A stretch of DNA of 64,000 bases, from the NCBI RefSeq assembly GCF_009914755.1, contig NC_060941.1, one strand, 5' to 3'. This document shows, piece by piece, positions 46,407 to 61,849 of the stretch. Numbering within the stretch: the stretch's first letter is position 1; each line of letters opens with the position of its first letter. Origin of the DNA: the human T2T-CHM13v2.0 reference genome, Homo sapiens. The notes under the pieces were generated by a model. That model saw only the letters and a list, made by a program, of their open reading frames with translations. It was not told the origin of the DNA and did not search any database. The translations under genes and the position numbers were made by a program.

Positions 46407-47641
46407 GGGAATGCATGCTTTTAGGAGAAACGAAGACAACTCAGGCCCCTCATTCTCCTGGTGTTTGCACAAGTGCCTTCTCCACAGACCATGCTTCAGT
46501 CTCTTTCTTAGTTCTCCTTCTTACTGAAAGAGAGAAGCAGAGTCCCATCATGTACCCAGCTGCTTGGGGCCCAAGCCAAGTGTGCAAGCTTCCTGGGGAG
46601 CCTAGTGAGTGGAAGGCACTGCAGACTCTCCCCAAAGAAGCATCAGTTTTTGATGGATCCTTGAGCCCAGGAAGGCAATAGACAAGACATCATGGTTCAC
46701 CAGAAGAGACAACAAAAATGCGGTGAGGAAGGGCAGTAGTCAAAGGTTTTATGCTCCATGAGAAGGGGTTCTCAGGGCTCTAAGCAGCAGGCAGACTTTA
46801 TTGCATGTGTGGTTAGGTGATGGCGACCTACAGTTTTCACTGGGAACTGGGATCAAGAGTAACTCGACCTCCTACTCCTGCACGTCTCTCTCTGTCTCTT
46901 TGTGTTTTGTATCTCTCTCCCCATCTCACCCTCCTTATCCTCTCAGCCTCCTCTGTCTCTCTCCAAATCTCTCTTCCTCTCTCACTTTCCCTTCTCCTCA
47001 TCTCTCTTTCTCTCTCCTTCTTTTCCAGTTCTCTCTCCCTCCTCATCTCGCTGCATGCCACTGTTCACGCTCCTGGGGCTCCACGTGGACAGGTGGACAT
47101 GGGACTCCTAGGCTAATTTTCACGGCACAAGCACAGGGCTGCAGGACCTTGGTCCCCCACCTCCCAGCACCCTCAAAATGAGAGGTGTGGGGTCTGCCCG
47201 TGCTCTCCTGGGTGGGCGTCCCACGCTCCAGGAAGCAGAAACTGCAGGACAAAGCTGGCGCAAGTGACATGCCCGCGTGGCTGCCGGCTTCCATCTTGGG
47301 ATCTGCTGAGGCCAAAGCAGAAGACACCTGCCCCGGACCGACCCTGCACCAGGGTAGGGGTAGGGGTGGGTTTGGGGGTGGGAAGGGCGATGGGAGCAGA
47401 CACTGCAAAGCAGTCCCTGGCTGGCTTCCTGCCCCGCACCCTGCCATGCGAGGCCTCTCCTCCCGCCCCCAGCCCTGCCCCTCACCACCTCCACCCCTAG
47501 GCTGTCCAGATCCAGGCTCCAGAAGTCTCCTAGGATCCAAGAACTAAGGGCAACCACTGGGCTCCGCAGCCCCTAGTCCATGAGTCAGCCACCCCTCTGC
47601 ATGCTGACAAACCTTGGCTGTCACTTATCCTCCACCCCAAA

Positions 47642-47908
47642 CCAGCCCCAGCCCCATCCTATTGCAGGCCTGTGTGGCTGCTGGAGAGGCTGGGCTCCCT
47701 TCCTCACCCTGAGGCTGCCTGATATGCTTTCTGGATCCTGGAGAAAACTGACCCACTATTCTCATACTGGTGCAACTTCTTCCAAGACCTCAAAACTGGA
47801 CCACATGAACTTGTCTTCCTTCTTGTTTCTCCTTGCTAGGGCTGTCATTGGGACAGTCCGAGATGGGGGGTCGGGGGAGACAATGGATGAATGGATGGAT
47901 GAATGGAC
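47642..47908 (+). repeat. ~267-bp direct repeat, copy 1
   Basis: Colinear with 48905-49172. Confidence 0.92.
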
Positions 47909-48449
47909 GTCCCCCCACCAGCATTACCACCTCCTCCTAAACATAGTCCTGAGAGCTCTATTTCCTGGTAAACTTCCCCCTTCCCACCCTGGTCCAGAGA
48001 AGCCCAAAGGCCAGTGCCCTCCACCCACGCTTCCTGGGGTACACTCTACTCTCTTCTTGCCCAGATGTCTTAACCTGGCTCTACCAAGCTAGAACAGATA
48101 GCAGGGATGAGCCCCCAGCCTCTACCAGGAAGATTTGCCAAAATGTTCTCAGTTTAGAAGCAGGGGCAGTGACGGGGCCTAGGGATGACCCCAGGGTTGT
48201 CACTCAAGCAACAAGAAGGGCAAGGAGCCCTGTTTCCTGCCCTTATCCTGGGAGAACTTGGCCAGGGCTCCACAATGCCCTGCAGGGGCAGGAGGAGAAC
48301 AAATACACCCTTCTCTGGAGGAAGTCACCACCATCCCCAGGAAGCAGGAGATGGGAGCACACTGGCAGAGCCCTCGCGTGCTATAGGGCAAGGCCGGCAG
48401 GTCTGTACTCAGCCTCAGCCCCAGGGGAGCTGCAACATAGACTGAGACC

Positions 48450-48796
48450 CTCACATGTTTGGCTCTGTGTCCCCACCCAAAACTCATCTGGGATTGTAAT
48501 CCTCCTGTGTCAAGGGAGGAATCTGGTGGGAGGAGATTGGATTTGGGGACAGTTTCCCCCATGCTGCTCCCCGGATAGTGAGGTAGTTCTCAGGAGAGCT
48601 GATAGTTTCAAAGTGTGGCACTTACTGGTTCTCCACTCACTCCCTCCTGCCGTCTTGTGAAGAAGGTGCCTGCTTCCCCTTCCCCTTCTGCCATGATTGT
48701 AAGTTTCCGGAACTGCAAGTCAATTAAGCCTGTTTCCTTTATAAATTACCCAATCTCAGGTATTTCTTTACATCAGTGTGAAAACAAATGAATACA
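48450..48796 (+). mobile_element. THE1D/MSTA MaLR LTR
   Basis: TTTGGCTCTGTGTCCCCACCCAAAACTCATC...TTTATAAATTACCCAATCTCAGGTATTTCTTTA...AATACA. Confidence 0.85.
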
Positions 48797-48904
48797 GTCC
48801 CCTTCCCTGAGGTGCCTTCCCCTTAGGCAACCAGCTGCCCCCATGCTCCTCTTCTGCCCCCTGGTATTTCCTTTCCCCTCATGAGGCCCAAGTGATCCAC
48901 ATGG

Positions 48905-49172
48905 CCAGCCCCAGCCCCATCCTACTGCAGGCCTGTGTGGCTGCTGGAGAGGCCAGGCTCCTTTCCGCACCCCGAGGCTGCCCGATATGCTTTCTGGATC
49001 CTGTAGAAAACTGACCCACTATTCTCATACCGGTGCAACTTCTTCCAATACCTCAAAACTGGACAACGTGAACTTATCTTGTTGCTTGTCTCTTCTTGCT
49101 AGGGCTGTCATTGGGACAGTCCGAGATGGGGGGGTGGGGGGAGACAATGGATGAATGGATGGATGAATGGAC
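48905..49172 (+). repeat. ~267-bp direct repeat, copy 2
   Basis: Colinear with 47642-47908. Confidence 0.92.
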
Positions 49173-49250
49173 AGTAGTCCAGGGAGATGTCCCTGTGTGT
49201 CCTGAACTGGGCCCTTCCTCCAATGAGAAGCCTTCCTGAGTGAGTTTCTA

Positions 49251-49588
49251 CAGTCATCCCTTGGTATCCATGGATTAGTTCTAGGGTCCCCGGGGATGAC
49301 AAAATCCATGGATCCTCAAGTCTCTGACATAACATGGCCTAGTATTTACATATCAGCTATGCACATCCTCCTGTAGACATTAGACCATCTCTAGATTATT
49401 CAGGATGTGTAATACAATGCAGATGCTACATAAATGGTCGTGATACTGTATTCTTTAGGGAATAATGACAAGAACAAAGTCTGCACATGTTCAATAGAAA
49501 TATAACTGTCCAATTTATTTTCTGAATATTTTCCATCTGCTGTTGCTGAATCTACAGATGCAGAGCTCCTGGATATGAGAGCCAAGTG
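49251..49588. mobile_element. MER2 (Tigger-family)
   Basis: CAGTCATCCCTTGGTATCCATGG terminus and GCACATCCTCC...CATCTCTAGATTA core. Confidence 0.78.
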
Positions 49589-50990
49589 TGCTTTGAGAGT
49601 AGGGTGGGTGAGGTTGCTAATGAGTACAGGGGAGCAGGTGTTGATCAGGAGGACCCTGCACTGGGGCATCTGGACGTCCTGCCTCAGGACTTGAGACTCC
49701 AGTTGGATGGCACAGGCAGACTCGGCACAGGCAGACTCAGCCCAGGTCAAAGCCCTCCCCTTGGATGTTCATTTTATCCCAAGCTCTTTCTGGACCCTGG
49801 AATTTGGCATCCCCTAGGCCCTGCGTGGAAGGACAGATGAACCAGGTTTTAGATAACACGTCTAGAAGAGTGAGCCCCTACTGTGTGCCCGGCACTTTCC
49901 CCACAGGATCCTCTAGCTAGAATATCCAAGGGTCATGGAGAGAAATACCCAGTTAAAATATCAGAAACGAAAAAGAGATACAATTAGAGACACTAAAAAG
50001 ACCATTAGGGACACTAAAAAGACCATTAGGTAATAGTATTAGTATTTGTATTCTGAGATCCAGCAGCAGCAGCAGTCACTTCCCTCCACCCCTATGTGTA
50101 TCCCAGGACCACCCTGGGCGGGGAGGGCTGAGGTTAGGGAGCAGCCAGGGATGCTCTGATGCTGGCCCTGGGCCTCGGGGGTGACAGTGATGAGGAACTG
50201 GGTGCACATGAGTGGGGCAGCCAGGCCTGGCCAGAGAAGCAACATACACGTGCACAGACGTGTTTATCCACGTACACGTGTGCACGCACGTGCACACATT
50301 GCAGGCAGGCACGTTGTGGCACTTTCTAGCTGTACCCTATGCTTGGGAGAACTACTGTTTCGTGTTACCTCCACAGCTGGCTTTATTTCTGTTACCTCAG
50401 CGGGATCAATGGCAGGGCAGATGTTTACTTTGAACTAGGAGCTGAGTTATACTTTGTCAGATTCAATGAGGTGACGCTGTATAAAGGGTCTGGTTCAGGG
50501 GCAGGCTGTGAGTAAGGGCTCAATAAATTACAACTCTAATGACTAGCTATAAATTATCAGCCACATTATTAGGACAGCAATGGCCCAGACTTGATAGGAG
50601 CCCAAGGGACAGCACCTAACCCAGCCAGTGGAAGGGAGATTGGGGAAGGCTTCCTGGAGGAGATAAGGACTGGGCTGAGTCTTAGAAGGTGAGCAGACAC
50701 CAACTAAAGAAGGTGAGAAGGGCAATCCAAGCAGAGGAAACCAAATGAGAGGGAGCACAGGGCTGGGGTGCGCCAGAGCATCTTGTGAAGGGCAGGAGTC
50801 TTGAGAGATGAGACTGGGGAGGTCTGTGGAGCCAGGGGGGTGAGCTTGCTTGCTGGGGTTACTGGTTTTTCTACAATGAGTAACACAATCCTGATTTTAT
50901 AGGGGAGGAGACAGCCTCAGTGATGGTCACTTGATTTTAGAAGATGGAGCTCAGCTACCTCTGAGTCATAGGATAGAATGCTAAGGCACA

Positions 50991-51262
50991 GGCTGGGCAC
51001 GGTGGCTCATGTCTGTAATCCCAGCACTTTGGGAGGCTGAGGTGGACAGATCGCTTGAGCCCAGGAGTTCAAGACCAGCTTGGACAAGATGGTGAAACCC
51101 CATCTCTACAAAAAATACAAAAGTTAGCCGTGTGTAGTGGCACACGCCTATAGCTCCAGCTACTCAGGAGGCTGAGGTGGGAGGATGGCTTGAGTCCAGG
51201 AGGTCGAGGCTGCAGTGAGGCGAGGACATGCTACTGCACTCCAGCCTGGGCAACAGAGAGAG
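50991..51262 (+). mobile_element. AluJ
   Basis: Dimeric Alu; its tail is replaced by a GGAA microsatellite. Confidence 0.88.
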
Positions 51263-51263
51263 C

Positions 51264-51371
51264 AGGAAGCAAGGAAGAAAGGAAAGAAGGAAGGAAGGAA
51301 AGGAAGGAAAGAAGGAAGGAAGGAAGGAAGGAAGGAAGGAAGGAAGGAAGGAAGGAAGGAAGGAAGGAAGG
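51264..51371 (+). repeat. (GGAA)n microsatellite, perfect (GAAG)15 at 51311-51370
   Basis: Counted directly. Confidence 0.95.
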
Positions 51372-52396
51372 GAGCCCAGACAGGGAAGGGACTCACCTAA
51401 GTAGCCCTGCATGGAGGGAGCTTTGGTTTTCCCACCCCATTTCCAGTGCTCCTTCCATGCCCTCCCCCTGCCTTCCTCTCACTGGAAACAGCCTCTACCT
51501 GACCTTGTCCTCTGCATCCTCTGATAGGTAGCTGATACCAGACAAGGTTTTGCAGGGACTCCAGGTGCCCCTCGGTGTCTGTTGAGATTAAACCCAATGC
51601 AAAATAAGGCTTAATCCCAAATCTGCAATGGAGAAGAAAGACAGGAAGTTTCCTTCTTGCCTGGGCCAGAAAAGGCTGCAGGTCCTGTCCCTTCCCTTCA
51701 CCCCACCGTCCAAGTCCTCCCTGGGCTGTTCAGGGATTCCTAGGGGGTCAACAGAGAGGGGTGAGAGCTGGAGGCGGTCACTGGGGTATGACGGGGCCTC
51801 CTTGACAGAGCAGGTGGTGAACTTTCTGCCTTTAAATATTTTGAAATAGCAACAGACAGAAGAAAGCACAAAAAATCCCAGATGGCACATTATTTCCTCC
51901 AGCCCGGTGTCCCCCCACCTCCCAGGGTCCCAGGCACAGGAGCCCAGGTTCACACCAGCAGGAGGCTAGGACTGGAAATTCTGCAGACTTTCCAAGCGTG
52001 TTTATTCACATTCCTGTGGGCCCCCAGGACCCTGCTGAGCTTCCCAATATTAGCTGAGAAAGAAAAAAAGCACTTCCTGACATCCGGAGCAGATTTGACA
52101 TTCATGGTTAGACCTCAATGTTGTCACAAACTCATCTGACTTTCATGGGGAACATTAACAAACTCACAGAATTCCAACCTCCAATAAGGTTACTCTGAGA
52201 CCATGATAAAATGAGGCAAGGCAAGGCCATGTCATAATTTTGTCTAAGCACTGACAAAAACAAGGTCACTATGCTGTCACCCATAAAATACCAAATAATC
52301 TCTCTCGGCTAAAGTGAGTGACTGCTATCCTTTGAACAGATTTATAAAGATCTAATTCACATACCATTTAACTCATCCATTCAAAGTGTATAATTT

Positions 52397-52920
52397 GGTG
52401 GCTCATGCCTGTAATCTCAGCACTTTGGGAGGCCAAGGTGGAGAATCGCTTGAGCCCAGGAGTTCGAGACCAACCTGGGCAACATAGCGAGACCCTGTCT
52501 CTACAAAATAATAAATTTTAAAAATTAGCTGAGCATTGGGAGTTCAAGACCAGCCTGGACAACACGGTGAAACCCTGTCTCTACTAAAATACAAAAAATT
52601 AGCCAGGTGTGGCGGCATGCCCCTCTAGTCCCAGCAACTCAGGAGGCTGAGGCAGGAGAATTGCTTGAACCTAGGAGGCAGAGGTTGTAGTGAGCCAAGA
52701 TCGTGCCACTGTACTCCAGCCTCAGCTACAGAGTGAGATACCATCTCCAAAAAAAAAAGGCTGAACATGATGGTGCACAACTGGTAGTCCCAGCTATTTG
52801 AGGTGGGAGGTCGAGGCTGCAGTGAGCTATGATTATACCACTGCACTCCAGCCTGGGCAACAGAACAAGACTCTGCCTCACAGAAAAAAAAAAAAAAAAA
52901 AAAAAAAAGAAAAGAAAAAA
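52397..52920 (+). mobile_element. Nested Alus: 5'-truncated AluS (~52539-52758) inside an AluJ
   Basis: AluJ left arm, second Alu body with A tail, then AluJ right arm. GCTGA[G/A]CAT is repeated at the junctions. Confidence 0.8.
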
Positions 52921-53089
52921 TGTACCTATCAGATACTATGCTTTTTACTGGAGTGATGAAATAATCTGTACACTAAACCCCCATAACACACAATTTATCT
53001 ATATAACAAACACACACATGTACCCCTGAACCTAAAAGCTAAAAACATTGAAAAAATTATATTCACTGAAGCGTGCAACCATCACGTTA

Positions 53090-54860
<1,771 letters not shown>

Positions 54861-55833
54861 CTAAATTCAGAACATTTCCATCCCCAACATTTCACCCCAA
54901 GAAGAAACCCCACCCCCCTGAGTCATTACTTCCAAATCCTCCTCTCTCCCCCCAACCCTTGACACTCAGCCTCCCAAGTAAGTAGGACTACAGGTACATG
55001 CCACCACGCCTAATTTTCTTTTCTTTTTTGTTTTTGAGGAGATGAGGTCTTGCTATGTTGCTCCAGCTGGTCCTTCACTTATTTAATCCTACCAGCTAGT
55101 GTTCTGGTATCTCCTCTGAATTTTTAATTAATTTCACTTCCAGAGAATTAAGTATTATTTTTGTTGACAGTTTGTTCTCTCAAACAGCATTGCATTTAGT
55201 AATACTTTTTTAGTTGTTGGGGTTTTTGTTTTTTCAAATGTTACTAATTTGTTTCCCTTTCCAGCTGAAGAAATAGTGACCAGGGGAGTAAATATTCTCA
55301 GGCCACTGTGTTTGTATATTATGGACAATCAAGAAAGAACTAGGGTATGTTAGAGACAGAACTCCAGAGGTCAGGTCATCTCCGTCTACTCACTTGGTGG
55401 ACTTGGCTAAGTCACGTGATCTCTCTGGGCCTCCATTTCTTCATCTATAAAATGGACTAATACTTTCAACCTAGTACATGAAAGAAAATATGCTGATTGA
55501 ACCAATCCTACTCCTGTTGCAACCTCACACCAGAGCACAGGCTGGGTGTTCATGTATGTTCCCTTGCCTGGTCTCTGGCTTTCCCTCTAGGAGATATCCT
55601 TCTTAACTCTGGTGCTCCTGGGAGCTGGGCTAAAGCTGATCTCTCGATTCTTGCCTCTGCCCAGTTTCATTGCAGGCAGCCTCCACTGAACTATGCCCAC
55701 ATCATCATCCCTGAATGGAAGATCTATAGCATGATGAGGTTCAATCAAATCCTGCTAAACAAACAAACAAAAAGCCACTGGCCTGATCGGTTGTAATATA
55801 TTCTTTACAAAGTCCTTTATGATACTTATCTTA

Positions 55834-56193
<360 letters not shown>

Positions 56194-56636
56194 TTATGTG
56201 GTATATCTTAATCTATAACAAAGTGACACCCGTGTCAGCCAGCCTACACCCCTGGAAATCAGCCTTCCTTGCTTAGGGCTCCAGCAAGGCTCTCCCCACC
56301 CTAGCTGGTCTCCTGGGAAAAAGAGGAATTCAGGCAGCAACAGTCAAGCAAGCAGGTGCTTCAGCAAGCAAGTAATCCATCTCAAGAAGCCGTAACCAGC
56401 GATCGTTCAACAATTCTTAGGAGTCTTGTGAAGTCTGCAAGCTCCATAAACGAGGGCTCTTGCATGTCCTCAGGTGAGCTCTGCTTTGTTGTCATCTTAT
56501 TGAAGTGGACCCACAGCAGCAAGGTGAGCAAAGCCAAAGGAAGCCCCCTGCCTGAGTCTAGCTCAGGTGAACTGACAGTCCAGACAGGACAACCGAGAGG
56601 GACCCTGTTTTCATACTGCTATAAAGAGCTGCCCAT

Positions 56637-57422
<786 letters not shown>

Positions 57423-58449
57423 GCCCTAAAGCCATGGCTGGAGAAGGCTCCTGCCAGAAGTCCACCCCGAAGCCCTCAGACTCCACTGTGGCCTTTCCTC
57501 ACTCTGCTTCCTATCTCCATTTTTCTTTCCCTGAAGGAGGTTGCTCTATCAATGCCTCCCGTGACAACACATGCCCCCTCCTCCCCCACCCCCCAGGCTC
57601 AGCGATAAGGAAGCTGGTGCCCTGAATCCCTGCCCCACCCAAGACTCTTTCCTTTTCTTCCCACTTAGTCTACTTGAAACTCCTCTCTGTATTTTTTTAA
57701 TTAAGTTACCCACCTCAGCTTTGTTTCTCAAAGGCTTTAACTTTTCCGGGAAGAGCTGCAATCGTTTCTTGGCAGGAGTAGTTTCAGGTTTGCATTGCTC
57801 TGAAAGAGACTCTCAGAAACACGGGACCTCCATTTTGGTGTCAGCACCGCACGCACCCCCACCCAAGCCAGCACCGTGGCTGGAAAGCTTACGTATAGGA
57901 TAAGGGATGTGGGTGGAGTGGGAATTGACGTGGAGGATGTTGGAGATCAGATCAACAGATGCTACAAAAAAACCCAACCCCTCCCCACCGAAAGACGGCA
58001 ATACTCAGGCTAGGAGCCGCTGCACTAGGTGCTAGGGACCCACTGAATTTTCACCAGAGCAGTGGCTTGGTCAGATCTCTATTTCCAGAAACATCGCCCT
58101 GGAATCCTTTCCTTGGCGTGGAAGGAGAAGTTGACCCCGAAGAGTTACTCAGTCAAGGGCGACTCATTGCTCCACTCTAAGGTTTCTCTAAGCACAGGGC
58201 GGTGGCGAAAGGGAAGGGCTGCAGGGTGGAGTCCGGCACCAAGACCTCCCGGCCCGGCTTCTAGCAGCACACGGACGCTTGAGATGATTTCTTCTGAAAA
58301 CGGGCAGTGGTTGAAAACCACTGCTTCAAAACACAGACTGGAGGAGTGGTAAATACTAACGAGGAGTTTTAGCAATGGACTCTGTTAACAGAGTCTGGTC
58401 GCCTGAGAAGGGCCTCGGAGGACTGGCCAGGTTGGAGAACGATTTCAAC

Positions 58450-58950
58450 TGCGTACTGGACGACACACAGAAGACTGCGGGGAGCCTTAGCCCCTACCCG
58501 GCCTGCAGTGCTCTCTGGGGCACACGGCAGCCCCACGACGCCTTTGGGTTTCTTCGAGCGCTACTCGCACGCACCAGCGCCCACACAGCTGCAACGCCAA
58601 ACGCCCGCCAGCACCTTAGGGCCGCGGGAGTCCCTTCCCCAGGCCCGCCCCACACGCCGGCCTTTTCTGCCGCTTCCCAAGCCGGAGCCAATCAGCGCTC
58701 AGCAGCGACCGGCAGGGACGACCAATCGACTTATCCTGCGTTGTGCTAAAGACCTAGAAATCGAGCGTGGTACATTCGATCGACGGAACGTCTGGGCCCT
58801 AGTGCTAAGTTGGGTGACTGTTCGGTGGTTGTCTCGGGGGGTTGCAGGAAGATCCTGTTTCCTTGGCGTAGAAGGAGAGGTTGACCCCGAAGAGTTAAGA
58901 TTCTCGAAGCACACTATTTATCCGTGGCCCTCCTCCTCCTTCGCGGGGTA
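58450..58950. promoter_or_regulatory. Orphan CpG island with GC box and two CCAAT boxes
   Basis: CCCGCCCC at 58644-58651; CCAAT at 58688 and 58722 (34 bp apart); CpG-rich; no recognisable exon. Confidence 0.7.
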
Positions 58951-59650
58951 GCTTGGGGCAAGTCATCTATTCTCTCTAGATCTGTGTTCTGCCTAAAAAT
59001 TAATGAATGGGACAAAATGGTCTCTACAGTCCCTTGTTTATCCTGGCCCTGCAAATCCAGGATCGCTGCCGTTGTATCTCAGTCTGATGTCGGTGGTCTT
59101 GCGCTGGCCGGTGTTCTGAAACTTTGTCGGCAGTAACATGCACTCCAGTCAGTCTCTTCAGTCCAGGACACCATCGCCGGGGAAACTGAGGCATAAGAAA
59201 AATAAAAATGAGCATTGTCCATCCACAAATATGTATTGTGCTCCCGTTGTGTATCTGGCACTGCCCTGGTGCTGGGTCCCCTATGAGAAACAGGCATGGT
59301 CCTTGTGCCCCTAGTTATAAACTATGTCACTTCCATCAGACTCTGAGATCCCCAGGGAGGAGCTGTACTCTCATCAAGCTGCTCTCATCAGCAGACAGGA
59401 AGGAGACAGACTTGTAGGCCTGCATGCTCCTGTGCTCCTCTTGAACTCCCAGCTCAGCCACTGGCTGCCTTTTACCCACAGATCTGAAAGGAGCCAGGGC
59501 GGACAGGCTCCAGCAGTACCTCTTTTCTTGAGGAAGCCACCTTCTCCTGGCTGTCCAACCCTGAAAGGACCTTGGAAGTTTGGGGGAGTCCCTCTTGGCA
59601 CTCTGATTTATCCAGAATGCACCTAATCACCCTCTACACATGCACACCCG

Positions 59651-59668
59651 CCCCCCCCCCCCCCCCCC
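59651..59668. repeat. C18 homopolymer
   Basis: Counted directly. Confidence 0.9.
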
Positions 59669-60384
59669 GACACACACTCCTCCAGCCTGATACCCTGCTG
59701 GGGTTCTTTTGCAGAGTTTTGTCTTGAGGTCATCAGAGAGGTCGTGCTCCATGGGGCATTGAAGCACCACAGAGAAAAACCCCTGCAAGGCCAGGAAAGC
59801 ATCTGAGAGGCATCTGAAGTCAGAAGGCCTGTGCCGGAATCCTAGCTGTTTCTGGCAGTGTGGTCTGGGTAATTTAACTTCTACCAGCACCATGTGTATA
59901 AATGAACATCATCACAGCACATACCTCACAGATTGCTGAAAGGATTAAATGAAATGATGGATATAACTCACTTGCAGCATGCCTGGCAGAGACATATAGT
60001 AAATGGGCAAGAATTGGGAGCTACTGTTATTATTGTGTTATTGTGATTATATTCAGCAGGAAGGAGGCCTCCCAGGCTAGGCGCCAGTCCTTGATGAGAA
60101 GGTGCCCACTTTATGTCCTCTCCTGTTTCTAACTCTCCTCTTCTGCCTTCTGTGGTCCCAGCTGAGTGGCTGTACCTCAGCAATATCCAGTTTCCTGCCT
60201 CAGAACATGAAGCCCAGATATACAAGCTGAAGGAGGGTGCCACATTTGAGAGGCAAGGGAAGATCAGGCGGGGACCCTGTGCTTCAGAGCTTTGGTCACA
60301 TCCGCAAGGAGCACAGCAGGCCCTACCAGATAAACAGACAAAATCAGGAGGGCTCCAAGGTGGGACAGAGAAGGAAGATTGTTA

Positions 60385-60694
<310 letters not shown>

Positions 60695-61093
60695 GGCAAA
60701 AATTGAATCTGCTGTGCCCAACCAAGCCATCAGCTGATCAGCTGTGGGGTCCTGCCCTGAATCATTTACTCCTCACCCTATCTCTGGGACCATCAGGGCA
60801 GGCAGGCAGCAGCAGATGTTTTCCAAGCTCTACTGCTCCCAGGCCAGCATGACATCTGCAGTGACCATTTTAACAGGCTGGACACCCTCGTGTCCCCCTA
60901 CCACTTATCCTTGGCCCACTTGCCACTTGTGCCTTACCCAGTGGGGAGGGAGTGGCAAGGCCTTGGCTCTGGGTTCCACAGGTAGAGTTTTGCAGAGGAG
61001 TCCAGTGAACTCATTCTTTACAAAACCTACCCAGGCCTGCTTTCAGCCACCCCTCCTGCTAAGATTATATGTAATATATAATATTATATATAA

Positions 61094-61390
<297 letters not shown>

Positions 61391-61849
61391 AAGAGACTAT
61401 ATATTTTGAGCAGCTGCTGGAAAGCGGGGACTAAGTTCTGGTCTGAGGAGAACTTCCTGGGCGTCCAGGAAAGAAATATCTGACATTGTTGGTGCACAGT
61501 GAGTATAGTCCTCACTGGTCACCCAGAGGACAGGGTGTGGCTCCCTCCACAGTGTAGCTCCCTAGCCCCCAAAAGCTGGACCTGGGCTCTCCCCAGTCAC
61601 CAGAGATCCCTCTCCTTCGTCCCCAACAAAGTGTTTGGCTGGCTGCAGCAACTGTGCAGACCCTGACTAGTGGACATTCCTAAGTACCAGGGGCTCGCCT
61701 TGTGTCCCGCCAGGCTGGTCCAGAAGGCTGTTGCGGGCAGGTGGGATAAGAAATTCAGGAAGCTGAAACAGCCAGAAGGTGGAACCTGGCCGGCTCGGGG
61801 GAACTGCCTGTGGAATGGCCCAGCGCTGAATGAGTGGAACAGTGGGTGG

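Larger units (their letters stand above)
47000..50317 (+). other. Segmental-duplication block resembling TBC1D3/USP6 upstream and 5'UTR sequence, truncated at ~50317
   Basis: The run ...GATGCTCTGATGCTGGCCCTGGGCCTCGGGGGTGACAGTGATGAGGAACTGGGTGCAC...CACATTGCAGGCAGGCACGTTG matches my recollection of the sequence just 5' of TBC1D3/USP6. No TBC1D3 coding exon is seen. Left boundary uncertain. Confidence 0.6.

Noticed and set aside
58108-58897. 40-bp direct repeats as a CRISPR-like array or LTR pair
   Set aside because: Only two copies with a ~710-bp spacer, eukaryotic context, and no cas genes, TG..CA termini or PBS. Kept only as an unexplained repeat.
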